From Octopus sinensis (lineage: Eukaryota), in the NCBI RefSeq assembly GCF_006345805.1, contig NW_021824650.1:1-37647 (forward strand): a stretch of 37,647 nucleotides of DNA, given 5' to 3'. A model generated the notes under the pieces. That model saw nothing but the letters and a program-made list of their open reading frames with translations, was not told the origin of the DNA and ran no database searches. Shown here piece by piece: positions 21,896 through 33,059 of the stretch. The position numbers and the translations under genes were made by a program. How positions within the stretch are numbered: position 1 is the first letter of the stretch; each line of letters begins with the position of its first letter.

Positions 21896-22070
21896 TGTGT
21901 GTGTATGTGTGAGTGTGTGTGAGTGTGTGTGAGTGTGTGTGTGAGTGTGTGTGAGTGTGTGTGTGTGAGTGTGTGTGTGTGTGAGTGTGTGTGTGTGTGA
22001 GTGTGTGGTGTGTGTGTGTGTGTGTGTGGTGTGTGTGAGTGTGTGTGTGTGTGTGAGTGCGTGTGTGTGT
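21896..22070. repeat. (GT)n/(GAGT) microsatellite
   Basis: Direct reading. Confidence 0.95.
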
Positions 22071-22325
22071 ATTGATTTTATTATTTTGTGTAATTAAAGA
22101 AAATTAACGTTTTAGTATATTGTAAACGAGTTTCATTCCCCCCCACCGCCCACCCAACCCCTTCGTCTTTATATAACAACTTGTCTGTGTGTCCACCTCT
22201 GCTATAGTTTATAACACGCATCGAGCAACTTCTTTTGAACATAGCTTTGGACCGTGGGGACAATTAAAGAAATGATTCTAATTATCATAAATTGCTTGAG
22301 GATAACAGCAACAACAACGACAATA

Positions 22326-22356
<31 letters not shown>

Positions 22357-22357
22357 A

Positions 22358-22559
22358 TCTTTTCTGCTAAAGGCACAAGACCTGAAATTTTGGAGGGGAG
22401 GAGACTTGTCGATTACATCGACCCCAGTAGTATTCAACTGGTATTTAAGTATGAAAGGCAAAGTCGATCTCGATGGAATTTGAACTCAGAACGTAAAGAC
22501 AGACGAAATGCTGCTAGCATTTTGCCTGGCGTGCTAACGATTCTGCCAGCTCACCGCCT
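22358..22559 (-). mobile_element. SINE family C between (GAT)n and (AAT)n
   Basis: Tail aggcacaagacctgaaattttgg to head ttctgccagctcaccgcct. Confidence 0.85.
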
Positions 22560-22590
22560 GAATAATAATAATAATAATAATAATAGCAAC

Positions 22591-22808
22591 AACAAGAGCA
22601 CTCATAGAGCGTAAATCTCCGCCAAGGCGACATCAACGTCCTCTCAAAGATTAGCCGGAGAGGATTTATTTAAATGAGAATATCTGAAATAAACTCGACT
22701 GCTCTCACAAATGAGAATACTAAAAATGAACCCGACCGCTATCAAAAATTAAGGTAAAAAGCCGGAAAAATAATCCCAAATCCTTGTCCGGTATCTGATC
22801 GACTCCAA
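22591..22808 (-). mobile_element. Helentron/HINE-like terminal fragment
   Basis: aacaagagcactcatagagcgtaaatctccgccaagg resembles the hairpin + CTCCGCCAAGG subterminal repeat of Helentron-type non-autonomous elements (recognition only; partner repeat not found). Confidence 0.45.
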
Positions 22809-23239
22809 TGGTAGTCATGGAATGTGAAGGTGGTTGTGCGGGCTGTGTTTGTAATGCTGTGTGTGTGTCGTCTGCAGTGGGAACAGGGACAGTTTTCTCT
22901 ATGAAGGCCTATTTTTTAGTCTATTTTCTGATATAGCGTCTTTACGACCATTAAGGTCTATAGGGAAAAGTTTATCCGTGCATGAAAGAAAATGGAAGGG
23001 ACCTGCATACGGTGCTGTTAACGGAGGTTTAACAACATCGCTGCGCACAAAAACGCTAGATAAGAGGTTTTAAACAGGAGCAATATATTCAAAATTGGGA
23101 AAACTAAAACTTGGCGACGATGAATTAAATTTGTTATTGTTACTAAATATGTTAGTGTTATTTAATGTCCCAACGGTTTTGCTACCGTGTGTCTATGTAG
23201 TTTGATTTCTTTATCCGCCAATTTCTTCTTCTTCTTCTT

Positions 23240-23278
<39 letters not shown>

Positions 23279-23592
23279 GAGTGAGACAGAGAGTGCATGC
23301 CATCAAAGTGACACTGGAGTAAAATATACGAAGCCCAATATACCCATCATGACTACCCGTCTGATAAGGGTACACCAGGCACATGCATCACAACCATATG
23401 TGCGCGACATGGTGATCTCATATCAAGATAAACAGCACATGACCTTGCAGGTAGAGCCCAGTTAGAATTTTCTTCTGGTCGAGTAGCCTATCCCGCTCAA
23501 AAGGTCTCTGAATAAGGGTTGTTTAAGGATGTTGAACGAAACACCCATGTTTCCAGAGGGGAATTATCCAAACCCCAAAGAATCCCTCTCAA
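23279..23592. mobile_element. Unclassified insertion between two (TTA)n tracts, probably the 3'UTR of a TAA-targeting LINE
   Basis: Complex sequence bounded by (TTA)n, adjacent to a Dong-like fragment with the same architecture; class inferred. Confidence 0.35.
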
Positions 23593-23639
23593 AAATTATT
23601 AGATTATTATTATTATTATTATTATTATCATTATTGTTA

Positions 23640-23927
23640 TATTCAGTAGTTTTATTTTTATAGCGTTTTCACTTCACTACCGAGCGCAGCTCTGGTTGCC
23701 TTAGGTATGTGCTGTGATTTGTTGTGATGCTCTGATGGTTATTGTATGGAAAGTGTTCTGCGTAGGATGTGTGCAGTGCCTAGTAGTGCAATTTTCTGTA
23801 TGTTATATGTGTTTGTAAGTCCTGGTGTTTTTGTTATGTATTTGTCTGAATATTTTTTTATCATGCCTAATGCACCTACTATGATAAGAATTGTTTCTGT
23901 TTTTAGATTCCACATTCTGGTTACCTC

Positions 23928-23930
<3 letters not shown>
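23640..23930 (-). mobile_element. R4/Dong-type LINE 3' fragment inserted in (TAA)n; coding remnant 23930-23739
   Basis: IEVTRMWNLKTETILIIVGALGMIKK...IQKIALLGTAHILRRTLSIQ* is a typical RLE C-terminus (IIVGALG, QK.ALLGT..ILR); Dong elements are known to target TAA repeats. Confidence 0.85.
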
Positions 23931-23962
<32 letters not shown>

Positions 23963-24376
23963 TATTATTATTATATCGAGCAAATCTACAAAATAACAGA
24001 ATCGAAGTTGCGTAGACAATTGCAAACAAAACTGGATGTTTAATAACCACAAGATATTTGTCTTCCGCTCTTCAAATCATAATGTCTCTAATTGGCTTTA
24101 TCGAAACATTACGTCATTCCAATATATCTCAGTAATTTCATAGATACTTGATCGAATTTCTACTCCATAATTGTGTCCGTCACGCAATTTTTATTTAACT
24201 TCATTCGTTGCCACGCACCACTAACTTCTGTGTGTACAATTAGAAATGGCGTCCGATTACGAAAATCGCTTCCTTCTTCTGTGTCCACCATATTTTTTTT
24301 TAATCTCCTCATCTCTCTCCCTCTCTCTCACTCACTACACACGCACACATGCACATACATGCATACATACATACAG

Positions 24377-24415
<39 letters not shown>

Positions 24416-24480
24416 TGCTAATCCTTGCATATATGTATATATACGTATATAACTATATATATATGTGTGTGTGTCAATAT

Positions 24481-24600
24481 GTATGGTCTAGTGGTTAGTG
24501 TTTCATCCACGAACGCGAGCTCGTGGTTTCAATTCCTAGACCGGAGGGTGCGTTGTATTCTTGAGCAAGAGACTTCATCTCACGTTGCCCTGCTAACCCT
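24481..24600 (+). mobile_element. SINE family D-like head, truncated
   Basis: tggtctagtgg A-box, ggtttcaattcc B-box and ttcttgagcaagagactt block shared with 24687. Confidence 0.65.
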
Positions 24601-24686
24601 TCGTCATCTCTGGTTAGAAAACAGATTTTTTACCATAGAATCACGCCTGCGCCTCTTAATCATATTTAATCACAAATATACAACAA

Positions 24687-25037
24687 GGCGCATGGCTGAG
24701 TGGTTATAGCATCGGGCTAACAATCACGAGGTTGTGAGTTCGATTTCAGGACCGGACTGCGTGTTGTGTTCTTGAGCAAGACACTTTATTTCACGTTGCT
24801 CCAGTTCGCTCAGCTGTAGAAATGAGTTGCGACGTCACAGGTGCCAAGCTGTATCGGCCCCTTTGCGTTTCCCTTGGATAACGTCAGTGGTATGGAGAGA
24901 GGCGAGGCTGGTATGCATGGGTGGACTGCTGGCCTTCCACAAAACAACCTTACCTAGACTTATGCCTTGGAGGGGAACTTTCTAGGGTGCAACCCCATAG
25001 TTATTTGTAACCAAAGGGGGTATCTTTACCCTTTACA
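24687..25037 (+). mobile_element. SINE family D (tRNA-derived)
   Basis: tggctgagtgg A-box, gagttcgattt B-box, ttgtgttcttgagcaagacact block, (CTTTAC) tail. Confidence 0.7.
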
Positions 25038-25309
25038 ATAAGGTTTCACTTTTGAAAATATCGAATGAGCGTGGGTATCCCCTCAAATAAAATAGGAAAC
25101 AAAATGGTTCTTTGGTTAATAATAATAAAAAAAGGGTCGAGAACGGCTGGTTTAAGAGCTGCTTTTGCTGTTGTTTCTAGCAGGGTTAGTAAAGGAGATC
25201 AGATATCGTCTGCTTCAATCAGTTGAACAGTATCAGGATTATCAGGGGATTAACTCGATTATAGCCGGTTCTCGAATGATTGAATGTTTACTAGAAAATA
25301 ATATGGTCG

Positions 25310-25622
25310 GTTGTTGTTGTTGTTTTCGTTGTTGATACTGTTGCTGTTCTACTTGCTGCTGCTGCTGCTGCTGTTGTGGATGTTGCTGCTGGTGTTGTTG
25401 TTGTTGTCATTGTTTTCGCTGTTGTTGCTGCAGCAGCAGTTGTTGTTGGTGCTGCTGTTGTTTTTGTTGCTGCTGTTGTTGTTGCTGTTGTTGTTGCTAC
25501 TGTTGTTGTTGGTGGTGTTGTTGTTGTTGCTGTTGTTGACGCCGCCATTGTTGTCATTATTGTTCTGGTTGTTGTTGTTCTTCTTCTTTTTGTTGCTGCT
25601 GCTGTTGTTGTTGTTGTTGTTT
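25310..25622. repeat. (GTT/GCT)n tract
   Basis: Direct reading. Confidence 0.95.
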
Positions 25623-25709
25623 TTATGGTATGGCGTTCAAGTCCAAAAGCATTTCTGTATGTTGTGTATGCCAGCGTGTATTTCGCTTGATTTTTAAGTG
25701 TAAGTCTAT

Positions 25710-26146
25710 ATGCGTGTGTGTGAGTGTATGTGTGTGTATGTGTGTGTGAGTGTGTAAAAGTTTGTGTGCGTGCGTATGCGTGTGCATATGTATGTGTGTA
25801 TATGTGTATGTATGTGTGTGTGTAAAAGTTTGTGTGCGTGCGTATGCGTGTGTATATGTATGTGTGTATATATGTGTGTGAGTGTGTAAAAGTTTGTGTG
25901 CGTGCGTATGCGTGTGTATATGTATGTGTGTATATGTGTGTGTGAGTGTGTAAAAGTTTGTGTGTGCGCGTATGAGTGTGTACATGTATGTGTGATTGTG
26001 TGTAATTTTCTACGCATGTGTACGCGAGTGTAAGTTTGTGAGCGTATATGTGTGTGAAGGCATGTGTGTGAGTGAGTGTGTGTAAGTTTGTGTACACAAG
26101 TGTAAGTTTATGGTGAGTGTGTGTGTGTGTGTGAGTGTGTGTGAGT
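25710..26146. repeat. (GT)-derived higher-order repeat, ~65-70 bp units marked by tgtaaaagtttg
   Basis: Marker at ~25753, 25821, 25885 and 25949, then decaying taagtttg variants. Confidence 0.85.
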
Positions 26147-26602
26147 GGCTTGCTTTATCTTTCAGTTTATCAATGTGCGTGTTTATATGAGAGATCAGAA
26201 AAATAGATTGTGTGTGTGTGTGGGTGTGTGTGTGTGCGTGTATATCTGTGTGTTTGTGTATGTGTGTGACAGAGAGAGAGAGAGAGAGAGAGTGAGAGAG
26301 AGTGAGAGAGAGAGGGGGGGGAATAGAACCAGTGAGAGAGAAAGAGGGTGAAAGAGATTGCTCGATAGCGAGATACTAAGAAAGTTTCTAAAAGTATTAA
26401 ACGAGACGAGATGAGAGATAAGGGTTGGGTGGGGGGGGGAATTAAAGATAATCTGACCATTTAGATAATATGCACGTGAGCACACACACGCGCAGGCGCA
26501 ATACATGATTCACAATTGTACAAAAAAAAAACAAACAAAAGAGAGGTCGGGGAAAAACAACCAAGGTGTATTAGTTTGACACTGAGGGGAAAATGGAAGA
26601 GT

Positions 26603-26638
26603 CTTTGATGTTTCGAGTCCACGCTCTTCATCGGAAAG
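26603..26638 (-). ncRNA. Minimal type I hammerhead-like motif, family H1
   Basis: CUUU-CCGAUGA-A-GAG(CGUGGA)CUC-GAAAC-AUC-AAAG; flanks (atcattaacccagacacg upstream, actaatac downstream) homologous to 5465-5640. Confidence 0.55.
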
Positions 26639-27053
26639 GAACGTGGAGAGCAAACGGATGGAGGAAAGGGAGAAAGGAAAACGGAAAGAGAAAGGAAAAC
26701 GTGTCTGGGTTAATGATTGAACATGTTGAAGTGGAGAGGAGGAAGGAAATGGTTGGAGACAATGGTGGCAAGGGAGACAACAATTACCTGGCTACAGTGT
26801 GGGCGCAAGCATGTGTGTACGGGCGAGTGCGTATGTATATATGTGTGTATATGTATAAAGGCATACGAGGTGCGTATTTATAAGCAGGTATATATATTGC
26901 AATTTTTCTGAATTTTCAGATTTTTCTATATGCTAGGCTACTAGTTTGAAATCGATGTTAAATCAATATTCAATTTATCACCCTTATTATTTAAATTATA
27001 TATATATATATATAGGCGCAGGAGTGGCTATATAGGCGCAGGAGTGGCTATAT

Positions 27054-27463
27054 AGGCGCAGGAGTGGCTGTGTGGTAAGTAGCTTGTTTACCAACCACAT
27101 GGTTTCGGGTTCAGTCCCACTGCGTGGCACCTTGGGCAAGTGTCTTCTACTATAGCCTCGGGCCGACCAAAGCCTTGTGAGTGGATTTGGTAGACGGAAA
27201 CTGGAAGAAGCCCGTCGTATATATGTATATATATATATAAGAGTGTGTGTGTGTGTTTGTGTGTGTGTGTTTGTCCCCCTAGCATTGCTTGACAACCGAT
27301 GCTGGTGTGTTTACGTCCCCGTTACTTAGCGGTTCGGCAAAAAAGACCGATAGAATAAGTACTGGGCTTACAAAAGAATAAGTCCCGGGATCGAGTTGCT
27401 CGATTAAAGGCGGTGCTCCAGCATGGCCGCAGTCAAATGACTGAAACAACTAAAAGAGTAAAG
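27054..27463 (+). mobile_element. SINE family A, full length, preceded by two extra 20-bp head copies
   Basis: tataggcgcaggagtggct at 27011, 27031 and 27051. Confidence 0.92.
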
Positions 27464-27740
27464 GATATATATATATATATATGAAGGGGATGCAAAAGTA
27501 GGTATATAGTAAGAATTACATGACTGTTATAATACTTAATTCATGAAAATTATTATCACCTTTAATCAGATATTTTCAATTTTCTGTGTCATTAGTCATA
27601 ATAATACAGTTATCATAACTATAATAATACTTTTGTCGTAACTTTGAATTTTTTCATGAAAATAAATGAATATTGTACATGTCTTCTTTCTTCATAATTG
27701 TATATCTATTTTCCACCAACCTGTATATATATATATATAT

Positions 27741-28042
27741 CACGTGATCACGTGACCGACCAGTCCATCAGATGTAGTTACACATCGCTGGTCACAATGC
27801 GTTCGCATTGTTTTAGCCTTCGAATGACACCACCCCGCTGGCTAAGCGAGCAGGCCAACAGAAGAAAGAGTGGGATAAAGAGTGGTGAAAGAGTACAGCA
27901 GGGATCACCACCCCCTGCCGGAGACTCGTGGAGCTTTTAGGTGTTTTCGCTCAATAAACACACACAACGCCTGGTCTGGGAATCGAAACCGCGATCCTAC
28001 GACCGCGAGTCCGCTGCCCTAACCACTGGCCATTGCGCCTCC
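27741..28042 (-). mobile_element. SINE B head with an alternative 3' tail
   Basis: About 27880-28042 matches the B head; 27741-27860 is unrelated to the B tail and ends in (CACGTGAT)2 + (TA)n. Confidence 0.8.
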
Positions 28043-28477
28043 ACACACATATATATGTATGTATATATATATATAATATATAATATATATTATATATATA
28101 TATATATATAATATATATATATATCTATATACACATGTACATACATATATACATATGCACGCACACACACACAAACACACACACGCATATATATGTAGGA
28201 GGTTTCGACTGGAAGGAGGTTGCTCTTTCAACGGGGATGTATTTCATCCAAACTTGCACCGCTTTATCTCTGCATCTATTAATTTTTAACCAGTTAATTT
28301 CTTTTAGAACCGGTGTTTATTGATGGTTCTTCTTCCACATTAGTGCTTACCAGTTATGAAGTTCCAGTTGGCGTTATGGATGTGTTCATTTATTCGATAT
28401 AGAATAGAATTTTAATAATATAACATAACGAAAATAGAGAGCGTGAACACAGAAAAAATGAATTTATTTATATAATA

Positions 28478-28589
28478 GTCAATTTCATGTCGCCTACACA
28501 CGTTTCAATTTCTCATCTTCATTCATATTTTACAATTAAAATTGCAGCATGGATTTAAAAGGTACAAATCTCTTCAGGGCAAAATTGAC
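28478..28589 (-). ncRNA. Type I hammerhead ribozyme candidate with intact core and long stem II
   Basis: GUCAAUUU-UGCC-CUGAAGA-GAUUU...AAAUU-GAAAC-GUGU-GUA-GGCG-ACAUG-AAAUUGAC; stem I is 4-5 bp + bulge + 8 perfect bp. Confidence 0.7.
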
Positions 28590-28867
28590 ATATATTTATT
28601 TGCATCCTAAAGGATAGAGAGTTTCTTACTGACTGAATAGCTGCATGTGTGTGTGTGTGCGTGTGTGAGCATGTGTTTCTTTGGGGTAAACTACGACCAC
28701 GCTGGTCAATGGCTAGTTGCAGTTCTGAAGATCTAGGTCATATTCTTATTCACCCTTAATGGCATTTAAATTTGTTTATTTTTTCAGAGGCTGGCTACTA
28801 CTCCTATCCATACTTACTTGTCAAAAGAATAAAAAATAAACATATATATATATATTAGTAAGCATCC

Positions 28868-29401
28868 AAATTAATATATTTATTTAACTTCTACGTATTT
28901 AACTGAGAGAATTTCAATTTAGATGTATTATACTTCTTTGCCGATAGTCTGGGTTATTATATATATTTAGTTAAACTAATTTTTATATATTTTTAATGGA
29001 GGTGTTCTTCACTGTGTATCATGTGCATGGAGTTAGTTTATTTTCAAATGGTGAGAGTATATTTCACTTTCAGATTTATATATATTTATGTATTTAATAA
29101 TTCATAATAGTAAATTATATTTAAATAAACACTCCGTGAATGATAAAATTAAAATAAACATAGAAACAGGTCTTAAAGTGAAATCTACTCTCACCATTTG
29201 AAAATAATCTGATTCCATGCATCTGGTACATAGTGAATCATACTGCTATTAAAATATATAAAGGTTAGTTCAACTAAATATATATAATAACTCAAACTAA
29301 TAGCAAATAAGACTAATATATCTAAATAAATAAATAAAATAGTAATGAAAATTGAAATTCTCTCAATTAAATACGTAGAAGTTAAATAAATATATTAATT
29401 T
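28868..29401. repeat. Long imperfect inverted repeat (arms 28868-29074 and 29171-29401)
   Basis: Outer ~50 bp has one mismatch; inner ~150 bp is colinear with scattered substitutions. Confidence 0.9.
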
Positions 29402-29711
29402 TTACGATTATAGATAACAATTCGGGCTGTAACTTCTGAACCAGAGTCAGGCGCGTGTGAACAATGTCGAGAGAGGGTCTGCTGCGAATGATATTTTTTG
29501 ACACAGGGCACCTCTAAGACGACTGCCAAACGTTGAGCGAAAATAAATGAACTGCGATCAGGCTCAATAAAATGAGACCGAGTTATTGGCTGCAAATACA
29601 TACCTGAAGTTAGTGTTTGCAGAAATTAAATCAGCTTGCAAATACCTGTTCAATTTACTAAACTTACACTCAGGCTAAGCCCGAGCAGTTCGAGTGCCGG
29701 AATCGCCACTG

Positions 29712-29771
29712 ACACACACACACACACACGCACACGCACACACACACACACACAAACATGCACACACACAT

Positions 29772-29806
<35 letters not shown>

Positions 29807-30792
29807 CAGACAGACACCTGGATAGACAGACACCTGGATAGACAGACACCTGGATAGACAGACACCTGGATAGACAGACACCTGGATAGATGACACCTGG
29901 ATAGATAGACACCTGGATAGATAGACACCTGGATAGATAGACACCTGGATAGATAGACACCTGGATAGATAGATACCTGGATAGATAGATAGATAGATAG
30001 ATAGATACCTGGATAGATAGACAGATAGATAGATACCTGGATAGATAGATAGATAGAATAGATACCTGGATAGATAGATAGATAGATAGATAGATACCTG
30101 GATAGATATATATATAGATAGATATATATATAGATAGATATATATATAGATAGATAGATAGATATATAGATAGATAGATATATAGATAGATATAGATAGA
30201 TAGATATAGATAGATAGATATAGATAGATATATATATAGATAATTGATAGATATAGATATAGATAGATATATATAGATATAGATATATATAGATATATAT
30301 ATATATAGATATATATATATAGATATATATTATATATAATATATATATATATATAGATAGATATAGATAGATATAGATAGATATAGATAATATTTATAGA
30401 TAGATAGATATAGATAGATAGATAGATATAGATAGATAGATATATAGATAGATATATATAGATATATTATATATAGATAGATAGATATAATAGATATATA
30501 GATAGATAGATAGATATATAGATAGATATATATATATAGATAGATAGATAGATAGATATATATATATATAATAATAGATAGATAGATATATAGATATATA
30601 TAGATAGATAGATAGATATATAGATATATAGAGATAGATAGATAGATATATAGATATATATAGATAGATAGATATAGATATATATAGATAGATAGATAGA
30701 TATAGATATATATATAGATAGATATATATATAGATAGATAGATATAGATAGATAGATACATGGATAGATAGAAGGTTAGATAGATAGATAGA
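29712..30792. repeat. Graded (CA)n > (GACA)n > 16-bp gacacctggatagaca > (GATA)n/(TA)n array
   Basis: Direct reading. Confidence 0.95.
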
Positions 30793-31102
30793 CTTCTGAA
30801 AGTTGGTGCCTCACAACTCGTTATTCGAAATTCCCGTGACACACACTCAGTTTCATGATCGAGGAAAGTGCAATTTTGATCACTCGATGATCGGAGAAAT
30901 ATCATCAATTGATTAATGAACTAATTAATTTCATACAAACAATTCTATATGCAATTATATATAATTGGCAACTTGAAATCTCCCCTCACATTATTCACGT
31001 TGCCAATACCCATGCTGGAAGCTACAGGACTAATGACCACATCCGATGTGATTTCAACCATGTGACATAATATACCCCCACCTGGGGCACATTACATTTA
31101 GG

Positions 31103-31262
31103 GGCAAAGGTGTGAAAGTCTGCAGTAAGAAGCTTGCTTTCCAACCACATGGTACCATGCTCAGTCCCACTGCGGGGCATCTTGGTCATGTGACTTCTAA
31201 CCTCAGGTCGACCAAAGCCTTGTGAGTGGATTTGGCTGACAGAAACTGAAAGAAGCCCATCG
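31103..31262 (+). mobile_element. SINE family A 5' half, diverged
   Basis: ccaaccacatgg...cagtcccactgc...gaccaaagccttgtgagtggatttgg. Confidence 0.8.
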
Positions 31263-31264
31263 TT

Positions 31265-31298
<34 letters not shown>

Positions 31299-31354
31299 CA
31301 ACTTATAAATAAGGGCTTCTTCCATTTGTATGAGTAAGTATCTCATTTATTTCT

Positions 31355-31423
31355 TTGCCACATTTATCACTGACGAAGGGAGGGTTCTCACGAACTAACC
31401 CTGAAATCGGTCCGATATGGTAA
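31355..31423 (+). ncRNA. Type I hammerhead-like motif with extended stem II
   Basis: UUGCCA-CAUU-UAUCA-CUGACGA-AGGG-AG-GGUUC(UCAC)GAACU-AA-CCCU-GAAAU-CG-GUC-CGAUA-UGGUAA; stem I with 4-nt bulge; first stem I pair is an A-C mismatch. Confidence 0.65.
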
Positions 31424-31952
31424 TAATGAAATGTTTTAGAAATTTCTGTCGGCTTTTTTTTTTCGAGCAGCGTGCGTTTTGTGAAAAATTATATGGTAAT
31501 GGACAATATGTCCAATTTTCGGCATATTTGGCATTAGAAAGTTTTTCGTTTGCCCTTATTTATAAGTTGTTTATAATTTTAACCTTTAAAGCTATTTTTT
31601 AATATGCTGGCCATTGATAAAGTTTTTTTCGAAAAAAATGTTACCCAACCTTAAATATATATATATATATATAATTAATACCTTTTTTTTATCCGAGGGG
31701 TGGCAATGCGAGCAACAACCACAGGAACATCACAAAATCCACAGAAAGACCAAACACATAAAAATCTTCATATACTCATTTAAATCTATAAAGCCCGACA
31801 TTTAAAAATTTAAAAATTTAGTAATATATAAATATATCATATAAAAATATAAATTTTGCATATAACACCTTGAATTTACGCTTAAAACATTTCGTATAAA
31901 TTTGTTACAATAAGAGAAATAGATATAATAAAAATAAATAAAAATAAAGCAT

Positions 31953-32366
31953 AGGTGCAGGAGTGGCTGTGTGGTAAGTAGCTTGCTAACCAACCACATG
32001 GTTCCGGGTTCAGTCCCGCTGCGTGGCATCTTGGGCAAGTGTCTTCTGCTATAGCCCCGGGCCGACCAATGCCTTGTGAGTGGATTTGGTAGACGGAAAC
32101 TGAAAGAAGCCTGTCGTATATATGTATATATATATAAGTGTGTGTGTATATGTTTGTGTGTCTGTGTTTGTGTTTGTCCCCCTAGCATTGCTTGACAACC
32201 GATGCTGGTGTGTTTACGTACCCGTCACCTATCGGTTCGGCATAAGAGATCGATAGAATAAGTACTGGGCTTACAAAGAATAAGTCCCGGGGTCGAGTTG
32301 CTCGACTAAAGGCGGTGCTCCAGCATGGCCGCAGTCAAATGACTGAAAAGAGTAAAAGAGAGAGAG
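31953..32366 (+). mobile_element. SINE family A, full length
   Basis: Colinear match to family A. Confidence 0.92.
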
Positions 32367-33028
32367 ATACAATAGCATATTAAGAGACGAATTAAAATTC
32401 TAGCGAAACGCACATAGAAGATAATAATTATACAAGTTTACAAAGATATAAGTTTACAAAGATACACAGAAGTTTTGGAGATGCGCTAATTAATCTTAGA
32501 CAAATCATATACTTAAAATTGGCACTCCCCTCATCAGGATGTCCTATACATACAACACATAGTAAACGTGAACAAATACACAATCACATTGGTGGAGAGC
32601 AAGCCAAAACTTGGAAGCCATTTGCATTGTAAAACACAATAAACATATACGGTGTTTAATAAGCATTCATTTTAATTTTAAATTGCTTTTATATATAACC
32701 TGACACAAAAATCCAATTATATATATATATATTTATGTATATATATATATATATGTATGTGTTTAAGTATGCGTCTTTGTATCTGTGTGTGTGTGGTGTT
32801 GTGTCTGTCTGTATATATGTGTGCGTGTATGCGTGTTTTGTGTGTGCAGTTTTCTTCAAATAACAAAAATGCATGCGTCTTTCAGCACCAGCGGGTTCAT
32901 AAACAAGAACTTAACGCGATATAAATATAAAGCAGAATCTAAAACAACTCAAGGTATATATACAACATATACAATATATACATATATATACATGCACACG
33001 CATATATATATATTTATGTAAACGTGCA

Positions 33029-33059
<31 letters not shown>

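Noticed and set aside
27425-27457. SINE A tail CAGUC(AAAU)GACUG-AAAC-AA-GUA (family consensus) as a half hammerhead
   Set aside because: No CUGANGA or stem I in any copy; better explained as the LINE-recognition stem-loop typical of SINE 3' ends.
30840-30912. Minus-strand UUGAUGA...GAAAC
   Set aside because: No GUH in register and no stem I; likely chance.
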